DNA from: Macrostomum lignano
Lineage: Eukaryota
Length of the DNA stretch: 64,000 nucleotides
Reading direction: 5' to 3'
Assembly: GCA_002269645.1 (NCBI GenBank)
Contig: NIVC01000435.1
Span: forward strand, 1-64,000
Part shown: positions 1 through 10,994 of the stretch, piece after piece
How positions within the stretch are numbered: the first letter of the stretch is position 1
Layout of the letters: each line of letters starts with the position of its first letter
Translations under genes and position numbers: made by a program
Notes under the pieces: generated by a model
The model's database searches: none
What the model was told of the DNA's origin: nothing
What the model saw: only the letters and a program-made list of their open reading frames with translations

Positions 1-284
1 TGACATCTGCTTACTTTTCTGTCTGTTTGTCTGCGTCACTTCTATCGTCAAATTTTCATATTTATTTTTGTATGCAGTAACTGCGTCAATCTAAAAACTT
101 CACACAGAGGATGCCAGCTTAAGTTTCGAAAGAGAGACTGAAGTGATATCTAGGAAAACTTTTTTCCATCTGCTACTCTTGACCGTAAACTGTTTTTCGC
201 TTGCCCAAATCTAAAATCGATATAATGCTCTGAAATACAACGATGTTCTGTCGTTTAAATTATGAATCTTTTAATTAAATTGTA

Positions 285-2560
285 AGAGCCGTTCCCCTGA
301 ATTACGGCAGCAAGTGGACAAGAAAATTAGCGAGATGCGCGTCACGGGATTATCGAGCCGTCCTGCAGTCCATGGGCGAGTATCTGCTTGTGGTGCGAAA
401 GAAAAACAACGAGATTCGAATCTGCACCGACTGGAGAGCCCTCAACTCGTGCACCGTGAAGGACGCCTACCCGCTGCCTCCGCTGTCTGCTGCGCTGGAC
501 GCGCTCACTGGAAGCAGTTGGTTCAGCACTCTTGACCTCCGCCAAGGTTCCTGCAGGTTGAGCTGCGAGAGCAAGACGGAGAAGACCGCTTTCTACACCA
601 CGCAGGGCCTGATGCAGTACAGGAAACTCGGGTTTCGGCCTCTGCAACGCCCCGGCAACCTTTCAGCGCTGATGGACCTAACGATGGCCGGCCTGAACTG
701 GACAGAGGTGCTCACGTACATGGACGATCTGATTCTGTTTAGTCAGACCTTCGAGAAGCATGCGGAAACACTGAACAGGTCCTGGGAAGACTGCAGTCTG
801 CTGCCTCAAATTGAACAAACGCAAGAGCTACTTCTGCTTCCAGGAGGTTGAGTACCTAGGACACAAAATCTCGGCAGAAGGCATTCGACCAACTCAGGAC
901 AAGGTCAGCGCTATCCAGTCCATCCGATACCCGAATGCGCTGAGGATGTTCGCCGGCTTGTCGGCATGCTGGCTTCTACCGGCGTTTCGTTCCGCACTTC
1001 GCCAGCATCGCTAATCCGCTTCATCAGGCGGACTCAGAAGAGTCGACAGTTTCAATGGACAACTCAGTGCGATGACGCTCTGCGGAAGCTGAAGTCAGCT
1101 CTGTCGACACCACCCGTACTGAAGCTGCCTGACTACTCCAAGGGATTCCGGTTGTGCTGTGACAGCAGCGGAGTGGCCATCGCCGGCGTCCTGAGCCAGC
1201 TCCACGAAGATGCCGAGTGTCCGGTAGCCTACGCGTCGAGAGTCCTGAACAAAGCGAGCGCAATTATTCGACTACCCACAGAGAGTTTCTTGCGGTGGTC
1301 TGGGCGATGAAGCATTTCCGGAACTACTTGGCGTTCGCTGGCGAAATTCTCGTCTTCACCGACCACAAGCCGTTGCAAGGACTGCTCAACACGAAGGAGC
1401 CAGAAGGCCGGCTAGCCAGATGGATTACGTTTCTGCAGGAGATCAACTTCAAGCTGCTCTTCAGACCTGGTCGCGAAAACGTGGTTGCGGACGCACTGAG
1501 CGAGCAGCGGCGACCCGGCTGCACCCTGCCTGGTCGGACAACGACATCCGTGTAGCGCAGGCTGACGACCCAGTGCTAGCGGCGGCTCGACAAGTGCTCC
1601 TCGGACAAAGGCCAAGACGTGGCAAGGCTGCAGATGACGCAGAACACCTGGTGAGGACAGAGAAGCTGGACCTTGGTGAAGATGGCGTCCTCAAGAAGAG
1701 TGGCCAACCCGTCATCCCGCGGCAGCTTCGCCAGGACCTGCTGCAGCTGCTGCACGACGATCCTGTAAGCGGGCACCTCGGAACCGAAAGGACGCTGGCC
1801 AGAGTCGTCAGCAGAGCTTGGTGGCCGGCCTAAAGGACGACGTCCAGCACTGGGTGAGCAGCTGCGAAGTGTGTCAGCGTCGCAAGGTACCGCATCAGCA
1901 CCAGAGGCACCGCTGCAGATCAACACCGTGCCATCAGCTCCTTGGGAGATGGTGCAGGTGGACATCAAAGGGCCCCTCCCAGAGACTGAAGCCGGCCTCA
2001 GGTACATCATCTGCTTCACGGACGTGTTTTCCAAGTGGGTTGAGGCGACCGCGTGTCCAACATTGAGGCCCGGACGGTTGCGGATGCGCTGCTAAGGAGT
2101 GTCGTTCTTCGCCACGGAGCGCCCGAAGTCATCCACTCCGATCAGGGTCGTCAGTTTGAAAGTGACATCTTCCAAGAGCTGTGCCGCCTGCTGGATATTC
2201 GCAAGACAAGAACGACACCCTTCCATCCCAGCGGCAACCCTGCAGTCGAGCGGTTCAACCGAACATTAGGCGACATGCTGCGTACTGCATGGAACAGCAG
2301 AACAAATGGGCGGACTTCCTGCCGTACGTCATCTGGGCGTACAACTCTTCAGCACACTGCATACCAAGAGGTCGTTACGCAGTGCTTCACGGATGTATCC
2401 CGGCAGAGCTCAGTTTACCTGCAGGCGGCGAAAAGGCTCGTCACGGACACGCTGGCAGACGCTCGCACCGGCTTGCAGCTCGTGCGGCAGCGCCTGCAGT
2501 CGACACAGCGGTCACGGAAGCAGCAGTACGACAAGCCAGCACTTCACGCCGATCCAAGTC
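285..2560 (+). mobile_element. Ty3/Gypsy LTR-retrotransposon pol remnant (RT, RNase H, integrase), 5'-truncated and multiply frameshifted; no LTRs seen
   Basis: Motifs are spread over successive frames. RT: 'VRKKNNEIRICTDWRALN..KDAYPLP', 'TYMDDLILFS'. RNase H: 'LCCDSSGVAIAGVLSQ..PVAYASRVL', 'ERNYSTTHREFLAVVWAMKHFR..FTDHKPL'. Integrase zinc finger: 'LHDDPVSGHLG..CEVCQRRK'. Integrase core: 'WEMVQVDIKGPLP..FTDVFSKW', 'HSDQGRQFES..TTPFHPSGNPAVERFNRTL'. The RT-RH-IN order is Gypsy-type. Confidence 0.93.
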
Positions 2561-3373
2561 GGCAGCTGGTGATGAGCAATGTTGTCCAATTCGGCGGTGC
2601 TGGGGTGTGCTCGAGAGGCTGTCACCTAATCTCAAAAGCCGGCCGGAGAAAGCATGCAAAAACTGTTCGTGCAAGCTTCCTGGCACGATGCAACACATGT
2701 CGATCTGACCTCTTGCTGGATACCGACCCACTGCAAGTGAGCGCTATTAAGCCCTCATCGCACTCAACATCAACGCTATTAAGTGGAACGAAGTTTTATG
2801 ACATAAATCTTTTGTTTGAATTGAAACAGAGCTCGCATCGCGAAGTTTTCTTTTTTCAGTTTTATTGCGCTCTAAGCATTTTTAAAGATTTACAATCCAT
2901 TAAAAGTCTTCATATGGTCACAGACCATAGTGTAGGAGGCAGCCATTTTAAAGCATATCGCCAACGCTGCATGCAGTGAGCAACTTCGTAGCGATTGTAA
3001 AATTATGGTCTGAAATATATGCAGATGCGAGCAACCATCGGTTATTGAAGTCTCTTCGACGCCACATGAAGCTTTTTGTCTGTCTGTTTAGCTTCATGTA
3101 GCTGTGGCTGCGTAGTCTTGTGTACAGTTGCTGTGTGCACCTCTGGCACAGGTAAACTCGCACAGGGCAGAGATAAATAGGGGTTTAAGGTAAGAGTAGT
3201 GGGCAATGTAGCTCGTACAATGACCATCCAACGCTCTGTGATGATGGCTTTTTCTTTCTCCAGTTTTGCTAGCCTCGCTACCCTATTTAAGACATTTCGA
3301 ATGCGCGATGAAATTGTAAACGCAGCCGACTGTTTTAACCATTTTTACAAGCACAGAAATAAGCAACAATATT

Positions 3374-6300
3374 ATGCAAACCATCGATTTTCACGTGCGT
3401 AGCGACGACCAGAGAAATCGTCGTCAAGTTGTTCAGGCGCGCCGTCAGGAGCAGTCGCAGCAGCTGTTTAGAAGTAGAGAAGTGGGCAGCCGGAATGACC
3501 AGGTGCTGGAGACAGCGATATCCAGTACCAGTTCGAAGAGTCGGCTCCGAGAGCTCACGACGTTGAGGGCGGAGCAACCTTTGGCACGAGAGTCTGCAGT
3601 GGCCGACGCTCCATCGTCGCCAACCTCACCGGCGTCGATGTCGCCTCAGGCTCGGCCAAGCATTGACAGTCAGCAGGGAACTTCGCTGCCTGTGACTGAT
3701 AGTTTGCTCAAGCGACTAATCGACGAGTCGAAGTTTGACCGGCTGATTGAGCACCTCAAGCTGCGCGGCACCTATTCCAGCATAGTTGGAAACCGCACTG
3801 TTGGCGACTTGGCCGCCGAGAAAGGCAACTGTCTGTTGCTGGACAGGCTGCACGAGAGCTTGGCCTACGATTTTGATCGGAGGAACAAAGACGGCTTGGT
3901 GCCGTTCCACTACGCCGTTAAGAAGCGCCAGCTTGACGCGCTCACAAAGCTAATAGAACTGGGAGCCTCAGCGGATTTGCCACTGCCGTCACTGTCCGGC
4001 AGAGGACAGTCGGACACTCCGCTGCACCAGGCCTGCTCAATCGCTGATACAAAACTGCTTAACACTCTGCTGGGTAAGTGTTGTTTAGTAATCTTTCAAG
4101 TTTCCGTTCCAGAAGCGACACTTACTTGAACTCTGATTTATTACGCTCATACTGTACCTACTGTACCGGTATATATGTTTAAAAGAACATAATATACTAG
4201 TATTTTGAATCAGTACTCTTACTCTGTACCTGTACAGTGGCTATTTCCCAGCATTATAATCGGAAATTTCTACAACTTCCCGCTTGTCCATTTCCCAGAT
4301 CATTGCAGAGCCAGTCTAAACGTTGTTGACGCGCAGGGCAACTCGCCTCTGCACAGAGCGTGCCTTGAAGACTCGCTAGTTGTTGTGAAAATACTGATGC
4401 CGCACATCACGGAACCGGTGCTGAATATGCAAGGATTTGAAGGCAAAACCGCCCTGCACATTGCTGTGCTCAACCAGAACCGAGAGATTGTACGGCTGCT
4501 CCTCACCGCCAAGTGCACGGGTGCTTTGGTCGACATACCAGCTGACAATGGTAAGACGGTTATCGACATCATTCTGGAGCTCAACAACCACATGATGCTC
4601 AACGACTTCATTTACTACTATACTGTGATCAAAATGAAAGGCGTGAGAGCCCAGTGTTTTAAGGAGTTGTCGTTCAATCAGCAGTTTGGCCAGTATTTGG
4701 ACTTTCTAGCAAACGTGGACAACGAGTTTCGAGCCTGCATCATCAACATGAAGGAGATTAGCGCGGACGAGAGGCAACTCCTGTGTGAAAAGTTGCGAGA
4801 CGACGATCGGATTGACTTGATCGAGTTCACCGAGGTCATCCTGCAGCTGCTGCAGACTGAAGACATTCACGACATCATTCACGAGGCTGATAACGATGAT
4901 GTGCTCATTAAAATTGTTGAAAACATCGTGCACTACGTACTGTTCAGAGAGGATGCTATGCTCCTAGAACGGATCATGACGTGCGGGGTGCTCTGGTCTG
5001 AAGTTTCCGTATTGATAGAGAAAAACCTCGACTCGCTCTATCTGCAAGCCCCCGAGAGAGAGGTGAACGGTATTATTAAGCATTTTCGGACGAACTTTGT
5101 TGAAAATGAGGCTGTTGATCATAAAAAATTGGCCGAATATTATGGCGACCTGTTGTCCTGCTACAGGCTGAAGGGAGACTGCGAAGAAACAAACCCGGAC
5201 AGTCCGTACATGCGAAATCCTTTTCGAACTCTGCCCGTGTGGTCGATTCTGTCCGGCCGATTGTGCCTTACTGAACTGCTATTGCAGCAGGAAAAATTCG
5301 ATGTTGTACCGCTATCGCTGTTCTGCGCCGGCGTGCTGCGAACTTTCCCGGCTAACCAGGACATTGTGGTTGATGAGGAGGACGTCGAAGACATGGCGCT
5401 GACCTGCGAAAGATTTGCTCGCAAAGTGGTAGAGAAGGCGTACACAATTGACACCTCCTACAACCGGACTGTCAGTCTGGATTACTTACTGCGGCCGATG
5501 GAATCTTATGGCGGCGTCTCGTGCGTTCGGCTGGCGGCTTCCAACGGTTGCGCAGTGTTCCTACAGAGCGAGCTGTGCCAACACGCTCTGGACAAGTTGT
5601 GGTTCGATTCCTTGCTCTACCTGAGTCCGGTCACTCGAGAAGTCGTGATCTGGATGGGCGCCATTCCGATGAACATCTTTGTGCCCATTCTGCTGTCCTA
5701 CTTCGATAGCAAAGAGGTCGTAGCGAGACAGAAGCACGAAGAGCGGCCGTACATCAGCGACCGTCAGTCAGCTCAGAAGTCGGCCAAGTTCCACTTGCTG
5801 CCCTTAGAATCGGTCGAACCGGACAAAACTGCCGACAGCACCGACGGAGAGAATCTGATTAGGCCAAGCGTTGAGTTGAAGCAGTTTGGCAATTATTTAC
5901 CGCACAGGAGGCGGTCGAGCCTGATGAGACCATCAGGTGCAGAAAATGACAACCAAGTTCCTCTTGTGGACTTTGGGCACGATGAGCAAGACTGCCAGTC
6001 TCAGAGCACGCTAAACTATTCGGAATCAAACTATTTTTGCCACTTCAGCAAACTTTTAATCAATTTCTATCGTACGCCGGGTGTGAAGTTTCGGTACCAC
6101 GTCGCTTCGCATATTGTACTGCTCGGACTGATGTCCTACTTCCTGCTCGTAGATTTCAAATATGAAATCTCTAACATTGAAATTATTGTCTACCTAATTC
6201 TTGGCGGCTTGTTTCTGGAAGAGATGGGCGAAATGGTGCAGTACATCGTCCATAATGACATTCAAAGCTACTTCAATAGTAAGTGGAACGTGATTGATTT

Positions 6301-7979
6301 GTCAGCCCTGCTGTCAGGTGCGACGGGTTTTGTGATTCGCCTGGTAGAGATCAAGCACAACTCCGAGTGGTCCGACATGATGCGAGACTTCGAGGACTCG
6401 GCTTGGTATTCAGCCAGAATTTTTCTTAGTAAGAAAATCAATCATTGTTTGACTCTTAACTATAGACACAATCTACCATTGTCTACCTCCAAAACTATAG
6501 ACACAATCTACCATTGTCTACCTCCAAAACCATAGACACAATCTACCATTGTCTACCTCCAAAACTATAGACACAATCTACCATTGTCTACCTCCAAAAC
6601 TATAGACACAATCTACCATTGTCTACCTCCAAAATCATAGACACAATCTACCATTGTCTACCTCCAAAACTATAGACACAATCTACCATTTTCTATATCC
6701 AAAAGCATAGACTTAATCTACCATTGTCTGACTACAGAACCATAGACACAATCTACCATTGTTAAACTCAAAAAACCATTAAACACAATCTACCAATGTC
6801 TACCTCCACAAAGATGAATTGATTTCACTACTGATAAAAAACGTTCTATTTATAAGTAGTATATAAAGGAAACTGCTAATTGTTTCTTGCAGGCATCTGC
6901 TGCACCCTCTACTGGATTCGGCTGCTGTACATTTCGAATGTGCTGGAGAATCTCGGGCCCAAGCTAAGAATGATCGCCCAGATGATCACCAAGGATCTGC
7001 TGCCATTTCTATTGATTCTGTTCATCTTCATCCTGGGATTCGGGTGCTGATGCACAGCTTGCTGTACCCCAACGGGTACAAGGCCTGGAACTCGGCTCGT
7101 ATCAGCAGTACTCACGTGCTGCTGGGCATGCTCAAGATCTGCTTCTACAGCATGGTTGGGGAGTACAGTCTGGATACCATTATTGGGGACGATTCGTGCG
7201 AAAATGTGTACCAAAATTATACTCTAAATGAAGGCAACTGTCCGCACAAAATCGGACGGTGAGTTGGTGGCACTGGATATTTAGAATTTTCAGAGTTTAG
7301 TTTAAGGATTATTTACCCAATATTCTAAAATCCTGCTAACAGGTACCTGGTGCCCTACCTGATCCTGCCTCTCTACGTGATCGTCACGGAGATCTTGCTG
7401 CTGAATCTCATCATCGCCATGTTCAGCAAGACAATCGAGACCATCGACTCGCGCAGCACCGATCTGTGGCAGTTCGAACGCCACGATCTCGTTATGGAGT
7501 TCCAGACTCGTTCGAGTCTTCCGCCGCCACTCAACGTGTTCGATCTATTCTACAAGCTGCTCAGGCTTCTCCGGAGACTGACTCAGCATTCCAGATGCGT
7601 CCTCTGCAGCTGTGTCAACGAAGTCGAGACCGTTTTTAGCCGCCGCGTCGTGCTGCAGTTTCTGCTGTTCCAAGCGCTCAGCCTGCGCAATAACCGGCTG
7701 AGGCTGATGCAGCAGAGTCTGCCGAAACAGGAGACCGAAGCCGAGAAGATGCTGATGAAGATGAGAAAAATTGTCGAGTCCGAGTTGACAAAGCTGAAGC
7801 AGCAACCGGCGGGTAGCGACCGCGGCAGCGAAGGTGACAGCGACAGCGACAGCGACCCGCCGAGAGCCATCACAGCCAACACTCTGTTAGGCAATTTGCC
7901 GAGGACAAGGCTGCCAAGGCCCAGTCTCGCCCAGACCAGATGGAGACAGGCTCTGCGACTGCAGACCATGTGGCGCTAG
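3374..7979 (+). CDS. Ankyrin-repeat TRPM-like channel, paralogue 1. Exons 3374-4073, 4299-6428, 6893-7258, 7343-7979; about 1277 aa if a 1-nt deletion at about 7042-7044 is corrected
   Basis: GT-AG junctions have the same phases (1,1,2) as paralogue 2. About 6 ankyrin repeats (GLVPFHYAVKK, DTPLHQAC, GNSPLHRAC, GKTALHIAV). MHR3/4-like region (HYVLFRED..CGV..LDSLY; LPVWSILSGR..GGVSCVRLAASN..LDKLW). S1-S6 with WNVID, YWIRLL..LGPKL, pore FYSMVGEY, LLLNLIIAMFS, TRP box LWQFER and LPPPLN. Exon 3 is 366 nt versus 367 nt in paralogue 2. Confidence 0.88.
6461..6810. repeat. 35-bp minisatellite (ATAGACACAATCTACCATTGTCTACCTCCAAAACT), about 10 copies, in intron 2 of TRP paralogue 1
   Basis: Unit starts at 6461 and 6496 (period 35). 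Confidence 0.95.
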
Positions 7980-8126
7980 CAACCCTTCTTATTGTTGCTC
8001 TTCGAGTTTTTTTAGTGGCCAATTAATTTTTGTTTGCAAAAATGTCTGTATTTTTCTGCTGTGCCAATTCTCAAATTTTAACACTTGGCAGCGTGATACT
8101 TCCTTAACCCATTTTTTAGCTGTTTC

Positions 8127-9816
8127 CATAGGCGTAGGAACGTTTCAAAAAGTGGGGGGGGCAGGTTCAGTGGCGGATTTGGGGGGTGCGCACAGGGCGC
8201 ACGCCCCTGTCGAGTTAGATTTTTTATATATGGAAAATGCACATTATCATGTACCGATTATTTTCAGAATCCGTCTTGTCAGCACTCATTTTATAAAGCG
8301 CCGCAGGTGCTCATTTTAGCGCCACAGACACTCATTTTAGCGCCACAGACACTCATTTTAGCGCCACAGACACTCATTTTAGCGCCACAGACACTCATTT
8401 TAGCGCCACAGACACTCATTTTAGCGCCACAGACACTCATTTTAGCACCGCAGGCACTCATTTTAGCACCGCGGGCACTCATTTTAGCGCCGCAGGTGCT
8501 CATTTTAGCGCCGCAGGCACTCATTTTAGCGCCGCAGGCACTCATTTTAGCGCCGCAGGCACTCATTTTAGCACCACAGGCACTCATTTTAGCGCCGCAG
8601 GCACTCATTTTAGCGCCGCAGGCACTCATTTTAGCGCCACAGGCACTCATTTAAGCACCGCAGGCACTCATTTTAGCGCCGCAGGCACTCATTTTAGCGC
8701 CACAGACACTCATTTTAGCGCCACAGACACTCATTTTAGCACCACAGACACTCATTTTAGCGCCGCAGGCACTCATTTTAGCGCCGCAGGCACTCATTTT
8801 AGCGCCGCAGGCACTCATTTTAGCGCCGCAGGCACTCATTTTAGCGCCGCAGGCACTCATTTTAGCGCCACAGACACTCATATTAGCGCCACAGACACTC
8901 ATTTTAGCGCCGCAGGCACTCATTTTAGCACCACAGGCACTCATTTTAGCGCCGCAGGCACTCATTTTAGCGCCACAGGCACTCATTTAAGCACCGCAGG
9001 CACTCATTTTAGCGCCGCAGGCACTCATTTTAGCGCCACAGACACTCATTTTAGCGCCACAGACACTCATTTTAGCACCACAGACACTCATTTTAGCGCC
9101 GCAGGCACTCATTTAAGCACCGCAGGCACTCATTTTAGCGCCGCAGGCACTCATTTTAGCGCCGCAGGCACTCATTTTAGCGCCGCAGGCACTCATTTTA
9201 GCGCCACAGACACTCATATTAGCGCCACAGACACTCATTTTAGCGCCGCAGGCACTCATTTTAGCACCACAGGCACTCATTTTAGCGCCGCAGGCACTCA
9301 TTTTAGCGCCGCAGGCACTCATTTTAGCGCCACAGGCACTCATTTAAGCACCGCAGGCACTCATTTTAGCGCCGCAGGCACTCATTTTAGCGCCACAGAC
9401 ACTCATTTTAGCGCCACAGACACTCATTTTAGCACCACAGACACTCATTTTAGCGCCGCAGGCACTCATTTTAGCACCACAGGCACTCATTTTAGCGCCG
9501 CAGGCACTCATTTTAGCGCCGCAGGCACTCATTTTAGCGCCGCAGGCACTCATTTTAGCGTCACAGGCACTCATTTAAGCACCGCAGGCACTCATTTTAG
9601 CGCCACAGACACTCATTTTAGCGCCGCAGGCACTCATTTTAGCGCCGCAGGCACTCATTTTAGCGCCGCAGGTGCTATGTTTTGTCGCCCTGCAGCAAAA
9701 TGCATTCATGCAAAGCAGCAAAAAACAAAAATAAACAAAAAGTCTACATTTTACGTTTAAACATTTTAAAAAGTGGGGGGCCATAGCCCCACTGTCCCCC
9801 CGTTCCTACGCTTGTA
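8127..9816. mobile_element. Non-autonomous TIR DNA transposon (hAT-like) carrying a 21-bp minisatellite
   Basis: Left end CATAGGCGTAGGAAC (8127). Right end GTTCCTACGCTTGTA (to 9816) differs from the expected complement only by transitions. Flanking direct repeat GCTGTTTC at 8119-8126 and 9817-9824 (8 bp; a 10-bp TAGCTGTTTC reading is also possible). Confidence 0.75.
8285..9675. repeat. 21-bp minisatellite (GCACTCATTTTAGCGCCGCAG), about 65 copies, with 231-bp (11-unit) higher-order blocks
   Basis: The 'MSACGAK' periodic ORFs show the 21-nt period. The variant unit TTTAAGCACC recurs at about 9112, 9343 and 9574. Confidence 0.97.
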
Positions 9817-10994
9817 GCTGTTTCAGAAGTAATCCAGTTTGCCGTTTTACCTGCTCATTTTTTACTAGAAATTTTTGGCTACACAAATTACTTTTTACAC
9901 TTTTTGCTTACTAAAAAAGCGGTTTTCTTTGTTAAATTGATCAATTTCTAATTTTGCCAAACTGAATGAATTAATTTTCCGACGCTATTTAATCGCGAAC
10001 GCGTTTACTTTTAACCAATATTATTCAAGGTAAAAATTGTCCGACTCCTCTCGCTTGTTGAATTTAACTACTTGGCGATGCCTGCACACTGGGGTAGATT
10101 TGGCGTAATTTCTTTCCGGCAAAATGCAAACAATTTTAATCAGCATACTCAGACTCTAGACTGTAGAGAAATACCTGAATTGAGTATATGTAAAGTTCTG
10201 AGGTTCGCCAACTGACCGGGTTCATCTTTGTATAGATAGCAGACTTAGACTTGGACTAATTGATGCTTTTTTTACCTGAAGTTGACTAAAGAAACCCCGC
10301 ACGTGGCCCGGAAGATGAAAAGCTTCAGTCCAAAGCAACCTCTGCTGAATGCAATCCCTTGATCATCCGACGGAACAGGTAAAACAATTGACAAAATCCC
10401 TAATGCAGTACATTCTGCTGCACAGCCTGTCACCCCAATGCCATAAAACCCTAGACTGGCCTAGAGGCACCAATTAAATAGTCCCGTTTCTCGTCCCCTT
10501 GGCGTTTTTCTCTAGCCCTGTGCGGTAGGGAGCGGGGGATAGAGGCGGACAGAGGTGCATGGGAGTGTACGCGCTGGAGGCGGCGACTGACTCACTGGGT
10601 GTAAGCAGTAAAGACTGCCTTGCAGAGAGAGAGGGCAAGGCGGAGAGGTTGGGCTGCCCCGGCCACTCCTTCCTCTGCAGAAATACACGAAAAAGCCTTA
10701 TTTAACGATCCAGCTGCTTTCTGTACGAAGCAAAGCCGTGTGAACTCTTGTGCGCAGCGCATGTAATTCTTTCTTATCGCGTCGCGAGCTGCGACCGACT
10801 CGTTCGTGTTAATGAACGTCTGCTGCATGCACTACTGACTCTGAGTGAGCCATAAAACAGTTCTTTATCAGCAGCTACTGTAGCACTGCATGGTCACTGG
10901 ATCACTGGCAGTTAGCTACAACAAGTGTTTAAAAACAGTTAGTCAATATGCCAACTAACACACAGTTGATTGTTTAATTTAACTGACATCCGGC

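Noticed and set aside
2560-2979. C-terminal extension of ORF 2053-2979 as a chromodomain or env gene
   Set aside because: After the integrase core the frame drifts into AT-rich sequence with no motif.
10260-10830. Possible small exon (..CNPLIIRRNR|GTAAAA) and minus-strand ORF 10592-10828
   Set aside because: No recognisable family, and they cannot be linked in frame to TRP2, whose N-terminus already aligns with that of TRP1.
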